A stretch of DNA of 56,572 bases, filler included, from Sphacelaria rigidula (taxonomy: Eukaryota): the NCBI GenBank assembly GCA_964200075.2. It is 5 parts of 5 records of this genome, joined end to end, with 100 filler letters (N's around TTAATTAATTAA, not from the genome) between each part and the next. Parts side by side here need not be neighbours in the genome. Positions count along the whole stretch, not along the records: positions 34,008 to 45,240 come from CAXNAA020005193.1; positions 45,341 to 56,572 come from CAXNAA020005194.1; 3 more parts are not named here. One strand, 5' to 3'. Positions 37,803 to 48,044 of the stretch are shown here, in pieces; position 1 is the first letter of the stretch; the number at the start of each line of letters is the position of its first letter. Below the pieces are notes generated by a model. The model saw only the letters and a program-made list of their open reading frames with translations, was not told the DNA's origin and did not search any database. The translations under genes and the position numbers were made by a program.

Positions 37803-38028
37803 TATTATAACCTCTGCCAGACGATCTGGGCAAGAGGACTTTCAGCGAGGGACTCCTCCAGTATCATGGGCCTCGTGCTCGACAAGTCCTTTCTTCTAAC
37901 TTGCCATTATCACGGAGTGATCCTCAACAGATCACCAGCCAGACAGCAAGGGGCCACACAGAAGAGGGCCATCCATCCAGGACCCCCTGTCCCCTGCCAC
38001 TGCTCCAATCATGCATGCAATTATACCG
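37803..38028 (-). repeat. Possible decayed 5' LTR of the gypsy element
   Basis: Lies just upstream of gag; termini tattataa...ttataccg resemble a degenerate TGTTATAA...TTATAACA. No second LTR in the window for comparison. Confidence 0.3.
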
Positions 38029-39822
38029 AAACCTTACGGCTTGGTATCATTCGGGTAAAGGCGCGTGCGTGTGATATTGCAGTGCGTTGGATGGCGTGGT
38101 TGTAAGCACATATCTGGTCGTAGAGTTCGGTCGAATAACGACCAATGGGAGCTGCCGATAAATAGGTTGTCGAAACGTACGTAGTGATGATAGTAGAGCT
38201 CGACAACGCACTGAATTTGTTGGATGACTATACCCTTGAATCTTATGTAAATAGCTGCACGACATACACGACAGGGTTCTGGTTTTCACCTCGGCCACTC
38301 TGTTTTCAACCCCTTGATTTGGAAGTCAACAGTATAGTAGAAACTAATCGAACACATCTTCAACATTTTTTATCATCTGCTCCACACCCAGCTACCATCT
38401 TCAAGTCTTCAAGAAGGAAGCCAATCAATGAGTCACGGCTTTTTACTCTTCTTGGATGTACAATATCTTTCTAATTTGACTCATAGTGGTGTCTTGTAAG
38501 GTGGATGCCTCGAAGAACTCTGTTGAGCATCACGGTGTACGGAACATACTTGATGAGCAAGCATTCAAGGCTTCGATCTCAGGTAAGGAATATCACCCTA
38601 TTGTCTTGGACCAGTTGGGTGTCTAGCTATTCATTCACAGTGATTCACGGGATTCATCCATACCTGTGATCACTAATCGACTACAGGATAGAAAATGGAA
38701 TGGACCACCCACTTCGAGGAGTTTTACGCCAAAAATTCACAGGGATCTTTGACACGCTTCCACGAACAGAATCGTGTCCGGAATTTTCAGTTTCTTGGGG
38801 AGTTTTGTTTGTTGTTGATTAGAGTGATACCCCGATAGCCCCCCGCAGAAAAGTGGCGTATATGCGGAGGCAATATTTACATGCGAACCAAAATCACAAA
38901 AGTCGAGCGCACCGAGCAGCTGGAAACTCTCACGCTTGAGATAACTTTCGCCAATGTCACCCGAATGAGGCGCTTCACAACAGTTTGAAATTAGCTGTCA
39001 TAAGCTGTATAACCGTTTTATCGTGAAAGTTTTGGGACTATTTGCGGGATAGACTATCGCGGCATCACTCGCGCACAGAATGTAACATTGTAGAGGGTCT
39101 CCTTGAAAATGGGGTTCAACATCGCGGTCGGGTTCAAGCTGCCTTGTAGAATTTTCGACATTTCCACCGAAACAGTTTGAGCAACGAAAGCGCTTTCGCT
39201 AGAGTATCAGTCTAAAATGGTTCATGAAGCGAGTGTAGCTACGTTCCCGTGTGTCGATGACGATACCGCCGGTGGAGCCATGGTAAAGAGGAAGTCCCTC
39301 GTCCGTGTCTTTCGTGTGACTCCTCCTTCACGAAGACAGTCGTTCAAACCCAGTGACGCTGGTACTGTGACCACTGTGCATGGTCTGGCATTCAATATGT
39401 GTGTATTTAGGTAAAAAGGACGTCTTCTATATGATTGAAATCGAATACTCTGGCGAGTGTGTTATTTGGCATTCGCTCTCTTTTAGAGTATTTTACAAAC
39501 TTTTCGAACTGTACATCGATGTCGCAAAAGTAACATTTTCCATTTCTTACTCCTATACAAATATGTTGAACCTCTTTTTTCTGGCATCGCAAGAGGAGCA
39601 CGGCCAAGATTATACTGAAACAAGAACAATGAAAAATCAAAACGGATACGGCGACGACACACCTTAACACCCACGCGTGCGCGATCCCTTCCCTATTCAT
39701 GTAACGAGCAGACTTTTTACCTGCTTCAATAAAGGGACAACCAACCGCTGGTCACCGCTTCACAAAAACAACCGCCAGAATAGCAATAAGCTCTATGCCT
39801 AATAATGTACTCGTGTCAACCA

Positions 39823-39893
39823 ACATCACCAGCAGCACCAGCAGCACCAGCAGCACCAGCAGCACCAGCACCACCAGCACCAGCACTAGCATC
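39823..39893. repeat. (CAGCAGCAC)n minisatellite
   Basis: Seen directly. Confidence 0.9.
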
Positions 39894-40062
39894 ACCTATA
39901 GTGGAGCATTCTTCTTTCCGCACCCTGAAGAAACCCATCTCTCACGGTGGATATCACTCCTTACTCTCCCCCTCCTCCTCGACATCGGTTTCGTCGCTTC
40001 GCAGTTATTATTGCTACCGTCACCATCTCCACCGTCCTCGTCTTCACCACCGGAACTGGCAC

Positions 40063-40848
40063 CTACGGCCTCCTACTACGGCCACGGGATCGAAGTGCAG
40101 CTGTAAGCCGAATTCCCGGTTTAGGCTCCGGAGGTTCTGTGTTTTGCTGCGGGCTCTCATGTATGGTTCCTCCATTCGACTCCTTGTCAGCTTCAAGTGC
40201 AGCTTTTCCTGCGCCCCGCTGCACAGGCTTTCCCACACTCCCGCCCGCACCTGTGGATACCTCCGGATCTCTCCCATCCCCACTGTCGTCCTCGTCTTCG
40301 TCCTCTTCCTCGTTCTGCTCCTCCTCACCCTCCCTCCTTACGTTCGTCCTCCTTCCCCTTCTCCTCCACCTCTTCTTTCGGGTATCCTCTTCCTCCATCC
40401 CTTACTTTCCGAAGGCCTCTTCTTCCACCTGCTCGCACTCCCCGTCCTCCACATACTCATGATGATGTCTGGCCGACGCGAGAGCATGCAAGACAACACT
40501 TTGAATGTATTTTTCCGCCTTCAGGCTTCCGCAAGATGCTACGACCTCCTTGCGTGCTATCCACTCTACATTTGGTACCAGTTTCCGTCTCTTCTCCCGG
40601 CTTGCGGGAGCTTCTTCCTCTTTGTAGTCCTTGTCAAACACACCCTCAGCGTACTCGCAAATAGTATGCTCCGATGCGCTTTCTCTCAACCGACGATTGG
40701 AAGGTGACAACCAGTGTGCCTCCACTTTGTCACCATCCGCAACCTCACCATCGTCCCCTGTCCGGCGCGTACCAATAACTCGACCCTCTTAAAAAGGGGC
40801 ACCGTGGGCGAGGAAGAGCACGTACTACCCCTCGGCTAAGGAAGGAAT
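40063..40848 (-). pseudogene. Probable terminal exon of the second Sola1-like transposase copy
   Basis: CAG acceptor at 40849-40851, then IPSLAEG*YVLFLAHGAPF*EGRVIG...DKVEAHWLSPSNRR...VEWIARKEVVASC followed by an acidic/low-complexity tail. Same strand as, and downstream of, the exon at 43443-43865. Confidence 0.5.
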
Positions 40849-41472
40849 CTGAAGAGGTGAGTCCATTTGCCCGCCATCGCCCCCCCCCCCCTGCTCCGTC
40901 TCGAAAGGGATGCGTGGTCAATGGTCAAATGACTAAGGCAAGCAACAAATGAGTACGCCCCCCCCCCCCATCTTAGCACGAATCAACGTCGTCGCTTGTG
41001 GACCCACTCGCTTCTCCTCCACGTCCCGCGTCATGGTCGCTCTCCGGGACCGTTCTCGACGTCGGCAGCCACAAATCGTTCAGGTCCCATTCGCAGAGGC
41101 TCGTTGCCTCGAGTGGTGTCGCGGAGCGATGCATCTCCGTCTTGATCTCTCACTGTTTCGCGGCGTCTACACGGCGTGGCGTCGATGCAGTGGTGTGTTA
41201 GGGTCGCGGGAAACATAACGTCGCAATACGTCACGATATACCGTTGACAAGTAGGGGTGCTTCCGAACCTCGCCTGTGTCGATCACAGGAAAAATAATAC
41301 TGCCTAAGAACAGCCTGGATCCGTTTTTGAGGTTCAACATGTGGGTGAAGTTGAAGCCGCCATCGACATTTCATTTGTTTCGTCCAATTGGCTGCGCGTT
41401 TTGTGAGTTTTTCACTCTGGATCTATTTTATTTTATTTTGGTTTCTTCTGCTAGCCTGTGACNNNNNNNNNN

Positions 41473-41524
41473 GCAGATATCGGAACGGCTTTTAATGTGA
41501 AGACAACAACAATAACAACAACAA
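41473..41524 (+). mobile_element. 3' tail of a non-LTR retroelement ending in (CAA)n, third copy, next to a 10-N gap
   Basis: gcagatatcggaacggcttttaatgtgaagacaacaacaataacaacaacaa. Confidence 0.65.
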
Positions 41525-43442
41525 TTGGCTCGGGATTCGCAACCGGTTTCGACCATGTAACTCTAACCCAGAAGGTTCTGTACGGCAGCCCAAGCATGAT
41601 GAGTAGTTCAACAAAAGAAAACCGTCATTGTGCGGCATCTTTTGAGCAGAACCTGCCTCTAAGCGCTTCTTTGGGGAACATCGCCCGGAATGACTTGTAG
41701 AATAGTATTCAGGGGTATCGTCGTACATCTTTCCCTGTTCAAAATCGATTTTTTATTGCTTGAACGCTTTATACTCGATACAATGAACGACTGCTTTCGA
41801 AGAGAACCATCCGTTATTTCAGGACTTTCCCTCGGCACTAATGCTAACCCTGAGGTTGTCAGAAATTTTATCTGAGGGGGAAGGTGCCAGCACTTCCCGT
41901 CGCTAGTTCAGACTCCCTTCGGGACCGACAGGAGGGATATTCAAACTACAGCTGATGCCTGTTCTAAATAGAAAAAACGGCTCAGATTTTGCAAGCGCGT
42001 TGCACGACAGTATCCTTCGACAGCCCCACCCCGACACTAGTTCTCAACACAGCCACGGCGGAAGTGGCCATACAAGGTGTGATGGCTGGTTCAGACTGGA
42101 TGAAGCGCCTCGCATGGGCGCTACTGGCGAAACAACCCCAAGCGTGGGACTGACCCTTATCCCCGTTGTGTGTGTGCAGCTTTATTGTGGGGCATCCATT
42201 TTATCCAACTGGCGACTGTACTGTAGTGATGCTGTACTCTGGTGATGGTATATTTCAGCAGACTGCTGAATGATGCTGCGTTTCAAAGATCGCTGGCGTC
42301 TGTCGCCGTATTGGATCGTTTCGCTGACGGCGGTCGTCGCCGGCGCAACAGTATGAAGTCTCTCTCAGATACTCAACAAAAGATCTCAAAACCTCGATGA
42401 CGGTCCAAAGAAGTATGTTTTCAGCATGCTTTGTTACGTGTTCCGTAGCGCTTAGAGGCAGGTTCTGCTCAAAAGATGCCGCACAATGACGGTGGTTTTT
42501 CTGTTGGACTGTTCATCATGCTTGAGCTGCCGTACATAAACTTCTGGGTTAGGGTTACATGGTCGAGACCACTTGCAAATCCCGAGCCTACTGGACGAAA
42601 CAACTAAAATTTCGATGCCAACTTCAACCTCACCCAAATGTTGAACCTCGAAAACGGATTCAGGCTGTTCAAGGTTGATACAATGCAAAAAGTAGATGTA
42701 GTCATCCATACTCTTGTGGTGAGTTCGAAGTTTGAAACTCCTCCATCTTTACTTCTGGTACTCTATCGGTTGGGGTCCGTCGCGGGCGAGAGAACAAAAG
42801 ACAACACCTTTTGATGATCGCTCGACGTTTGAGGTGACATCTCAGTCGTTTTACGGCGATTACCCTTCCGTGATATATCAACAGCTACAGTACCCTCGTA
42901 CGATAACGACTGAGAGGTAGAGATCATTTGAAACAATACGAGACTAACCAGGGCGGATATACCTCCTGCGGGACACCAGCGAGCACTTCCTCCGGGCCGT
43001 CGGGACGATTTTGAGCGGTTACACCACGACAGTTCGCAATTCAAAGTTTCAACCAAATGTCTATTGAAGGCTTTGAAAAGGTCCGGTCATCAGAGTTTAA
43101 TCTTAAAATTGTATTGATTCTATTCCGTGATATGCCACGGGTACATGTGCATAAAGTAGATGATGTATCATTTTTATTTGATCCGAGGTAGAAATGTTAT
43201 CAGTGTTGCACGTACTTTAGTCGCCGTAAATACCTGGGTGCGATCTGTTTGACCCCGGTAGCTGCTTCGTCGGCTGGGTTGAAGATTGACGAAAACCAAA
43301 ACCCACATGGGCCAGACGGTTTTCCGCTGCGCTGAGGTGCACTGGTGCAAGACGAGACGAACCCTACGTACAAGAATTTGTTTCCCGCGTATCGGGAGGC
43401 AAAGCGAACAAGGCCAGAAGAGAAATGGACATTCACACTCAC

Positions 43443-43865
43443 CGACACGGTAGAGAGCGTCCACTCGCTCGTGCACAGCCTTGTGTCGTTGCTTTACGTA
43501 CATGTCGACGACGGGGTCTACCGTCTTGAGCTCGAACGGGGATTCGTTTTCTACAAGAGGAACACCACCTCGGGAAAGATGCCGGGGTTCACCCTCATAC
43601 ACGCCGCCGGCAACTGGGAACGCGTATGAACTATTTCATGCCCACGGTCACCTGTTGGACCCCAGCTCTCGCAAACTCGACGGCATGCGACTGACTGACG
43701 CCTGAGATAGTGGTTTCTCAGCCGCCGCTTAGGACGGCGTCCTTGAATTTCCCCGTCGAACGAAGCGTGATGGTGTGAACCGGCAACTACGTGTAGGCGC
43801 GGTCGAACGCCTTAGCTTGCGGTTGCCTGGTGAACAGGTTGAGGCACTTGCAGTGAACGGAGAGC
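43443..43865 (-). pseudogene. Decayed paralogue of the Sola1-like transposase exon at 10836-11236
   Basis: CAG|G LSVHCKCLNLFTRQPQAKAFDRAYT*LPVHTITLRSTGKFKDA...QVTVGMK*...VYEGEPRHLSRGGVPLVENESPFELKTVDP aligns closely with LSVHCKGVDLFTRRQQADAFRDAYKELPVHTTTLRALGNFKDA...VYEGEPRVLFRGGLPLVEEAPPFELKTVDP. Same acceptor position; GTGAGT donor at 43442. Confidence 0.9.
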
Positions 43866-44226
43866 CTGTAGGCGTGATAGATAGATTGAGGTACAAATGA
43901 AGAAGGAACGGGGGACACTGTCAGTGGAGACGGCTAGCCATTCGCACATGGTCAGACGTTGAATCAGCGTTGTCCGTGGATGATACTCGTGGCATCTATT
44001 TGCGAACGTCAGGATCTACAAAAATATCGTCATTTCCTCCCGAGGCGTAGGAATAGCATACGTATATATTTGAGAGAAGCGGACCCCACATGGAGGAATT
44101 CAAAGGTGCCCGGGGGGAATATCTTTGCTGTACAAAGACTTTGCCGGAGGGGTGTATGTGTTGGCATCTCCCCGGTGAGCGGGGGGGCACGAGGAAGGAA
44201 AACGATCGTCAACATTCTTATGTGAA

Positions 44227-44229
<3 letters not shown>

Positions 44230-44267
<38 letters not shown>
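44230..44267. repeat. (AT)n microsatellite
   Basis: Seen directly. Confidence 0.95.
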
Positions 44268-44269
<2 letters not shown>

Positions 44270-44494
44270 CTCGAAGACGTTGCTCGGGAACTGCTGTGTA
44301 CTCTTAGAGACGACCGCTTTTTGCCTTTTCATATCACAGTGCTTTTATACACTGTCAAACAATGCTGTCATGAGATTGAGAGTAACAGATCGGATTGAGA
44401 ATTAACAATTTATTCGAAAGACGGTCACATGCACATTTCAAATTGTCGCACGACACACTGACGTGTAGCATAATAGCTCTAAGAGGCTAGTTAA

Positions 44495-44596
44495 CCCTTA
44501 GACCGCGAGGGTAGGTCGCCTGCTGAATCGGCATCAATTTTCACCTGGAAGAAGTATGCGTGATCCAGATGGGCTACCCGCACCGCGGTCTAAGGG
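44495..44596. mobile_element. 102-bp piggyBac-type MITE
   Basis: TTAA|CCCTTAGACCGCG ... CGCGGTCTAAGGG|TTAA: perfect 13-bp TIRs with CCC/GGG ends and TTAA duplication (44491-44494, 44597-44600). Confidence 0.9.
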
Positions 44597-45240
44597 TTAA
44601 CCACCGTTATGCTACGTTTTAGAATGGTTGACACAATTATACAAGTGTCGCTACCCCTACCCCTAACCCTAACCCAACGCATACCGATATCCCTCGGGCA
44701 AGGGCGGCACATCCATTCCCTAGGCAAAGTGCGGCCTTGGTAGACCCCAAATCGGCGCCTATAGCGCTGATTTCAACGAAAACGCGTTCTGCGCACGCGA
44801 GGAGCACACGGGACCGTGAGCCCCACTACAGTTCCGATTCTCGTCATTTACACTCAAATCAAGTACTATCAACTATTTTAAAATGTAGCCCACCGCCGGT
44901 AAACTCTACTGAAATTAGTTGTCAGCAGATACCCCCAAAATAGGGTTTACGAGCCCGAGACGGAAGAGTATCAAGGTTAAATGCGCCGGTTGATGACTCG
45001 CGTGTGATGTCTCGCCTTTTCATGTCGAGAAAAAACACAACACGTCGTGGGTCAAAGTAGTTCGAGTTCGTCATCGCAGGAGACTGTTGATATCTTCGCA
45101 AACTGTAACGTAGGTCCCAACCGTTAAGTTCCGGCTCGAATTTTACCTTAATCTGAGGGGCAATATACAAATAAGGGTACACCCTGGTGCTTTTGGAGCA
45201 AAAAAGGGTAGCGCATTTCTCGCTTTGGGGCGCGGCGCTG

Positions 45241-45340
45241 NNNNNNNNNNNNNNNNNNNNNNNNNNNNNNNNNNNNNNNNNNNNTTAATTAATTAANNNN
45301 NNNNNNNNNNNNNNNNNNNNNNNNNNNNNNNNNNNNNNNN
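45241..45340. other. Artificial contig linker N44-TTAATTAATTAA-N44
   Basis: Seen directly. Confidence 0.98.
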
Positions 45341-46026
45341 GCCGATTACCCGAAGGCTCGGCTAGACCGCCTTGCGGCGATCATGTGGGGAAGGCGCCTC
45401 GAGCTGTGGCTCAAGGCAGTGTGGGGGATGCTCCCACTAAAACCCCCTATCAACTTGGCGCAGAACACGCGCCGCCCTGCTCTCGAGAACTTCGGCCCTA
45501 GACGCGGTGCTTCACTTCTACACAATTGCTGATATACAGATGTGCCGAATCGGAGTCCGAGATCCCTCGCTGTTTTTGAATAGCGACTTTCATAGCGTGT
45601 TTGTGGATGTGTCGATGCATACAACTGGGCGCACTTCACCCGCTGCGTGGTATGATTAAATAACGCTTACTCGACCACTCCGGGGTGGGTTATTTTCCTG
45701 CACCCGTGATGGCGTCTGCTTCTGCATTCTCCTTTGGTGTTATAGAGTAAAAATGGTTTCCGTCCGTCAGTTCTGTTGACATCCCTTCTTCTTTGTCAAG
45801 GCTTGCCATAATGAGACGTTTGGCCCGGGGGCGGGAGGGGAGGGTTTTCAAAGGCATACGTCACCCGCTGAATCGGCATCAATTTCATTTGAAAATTCAG
45901 CACATGATCCAGATGGCCTACTCTCGTGGTGGGCCGAGCGGTTCGTTCAATTCTGACCAGAAGTTGAAACATCGTAACGCAACAAATATCCATCTGTATT
46001 TGGATTAATGGAAATAGGTTCTCGCC

Positions 46027-46450
46027 AGGGGTCTACACGTTAGACGTTCGCATTCACGTTACGTTCATCACGTCTGTAGAAAGTAACGTTCACGTTAGGT
46101 TTCGTTGGACATGTTAAGAGGAAGGTAACGTTACGTTAGCGTTTCATTTGGAAATTCAACGTAACGTTCACGTTACTTTTGGCACGTTAAAAACATTCAA
46201 CGTCACGTTTCGTTGCGTGTAACGCAATATGAAACGTTTCATGGAACGTGTAACGTCTCATATAACCTTTCATTGACAGTTATAACGCTCGAATGTAACG
46301 TCTAGTTCTGTGCATGTCGCGGCTCATCTACCAGTGTTTAAGGCGTTGTAACGTGTCGTGCAACGCGTGACGTTATCGTGTACGTGACGATGACGGTGGC
46401 CCGTCGTATGTCTGAGCGTAGGCGCAGTATCTGATTGTGTAACGTTACTT
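46027..46450. repeat. ACGT-rich motif array (taacgtt/cacgtt), possibly a transposon subterminal region
   Basis: Dense aacgtt/cacgtt/taacgt motifs, starting right after caggggtcta. Confidence 0.7.
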
Positions 46451-48044
46451 TCTCGACAGTGTATCGTTCATTCGTTCTTGACCGTGATATTTTCATGCAT
46501 CCTCTTTTCTTTTCATCTTTTTGTTTTCAATTTTCAATTTTTCAAATGCTTGGTCATTCGCACGACAGCACATACTGTACACACAACATATCGTGAACAT
46601 GATTGAACACCGGCTTGAGTTGTCCTGGCATTTCGCAGACGAAAATATATTGGATACCCTTGGTCCTGTATATGTATACATGTTTACATGGACAAATAAG
46701 ATAGTCCATCACAGCCGTCAAAGGGAGGCGTACGTATATATGCATATATGCATGTACTTCCTCTGTCCCATAAGTCTGATCGGTGATAGGCGGCTGTTTG
46801 TTTTGGTGCAACGGTGTTGACGATGATCCTATATTGAGTTCTATAGAGAAATAAAACGCATACGAAGCTAATAAAAAAAAAAAAAACGCTTTGAATACTA
46901 AAATCAGTGCAGAATCTACCCTATTTTGGCTTTTTGTTTAGAATTATTTTGTGAATTCGTGTTGAACATCCCACACCTATCCCACAGACATCACAGTAAG
47001 ATGAGTTTGCCCCCGAGTACACCCCCCCCTCGCCGAACGGGTGGCGAGCTACGATTGGGTCGCAGCTATGCGATTGCGATGGAGGTTGCGCTCGCTATTC
47101 CACCAGGCAAGGTGAGGGTGCCCGAGGCTCGCTGGGGCCAATTTCTTACCCCTGAGAAAGGGGCGGAACACCGCCATTTTCGGGCCGACTGATTTTTTCG
47201 CGGCCGTTTGGTGGCATAGCTCAATAGCGAGCTGGAAAGAAATATATGATTCTAACTAAAAAAACAGCGGAGAACTCGAAAAAAGCACCGAAAAACAGGT
47301 CGGACACGGGTAAGGGATCGTACAAACATGACCAATCCAAGACAGGTTGACACCGCGGTCCAGGCAATCAGTGCATTCATCTAGCGGAAACATTATTTCC
47401 TCCCATGTGGGGGGGAATAAAAAAAAACCCACACCCCTTACTATGCCCGATCTTGCGTCGTTTTTATTCATTCGGGAGCCCACTATTTTTCATCTGAGAC
47501 GGTTACGGGTGTTTGGAAACAAAGCCGAGCCTGCACGTGAACCGTAAAGCAGGCAGAACTCATATCCTCTGCATCTGCATGATTACTATGTTCGTGCATC
47601 TGCATTCAGCCTTGAACCTCACAGTCAAGACGGTTTAGAACGAAAGACATCGCCGACATCGCCGCTGCCAAATGCGAGCTTGCCACCCGTTGTCGCGAAC
47701 AAATGATTGACTACCTCGTACTGCTGTGTATGAAAAGTACAGGGTACCAGCAGTAGCCTTTACCGTTTTCACGTAATTATTGTACTGTGTACAGAGACTC
47801 GATTCTGGAATCGACCGCACATTAATACCGACCGGCAACAACCGTGGAGTATGATATGTACAGTACCGTACAATATGACAACAGACTGAATCATAGTGTA
47901 CGCAGCTTCATAAAGATACAGCCGTTTGATACCTGTGCACAGCCCTCGCTACACGGGCTGGTAGCTGGACCTGTAGAAGGTTGGCACAGAGCAGGTGAAG
48001 GTGCGGGTAGTGCGTTCTGGGCTAACCTACTGTAGCAAGCAATC

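Noticed and set aside
39805-40707. 300-aa plus-strand ORF
   Set aside because: Antisense to a purine-rich acidic minus-strand exon plus a minisatellite; low complexity.
44651-44678. Telomere-like (CCCTAA)n
   Set aside because: Only about two perfect units and internal to the contig; not a telomere.
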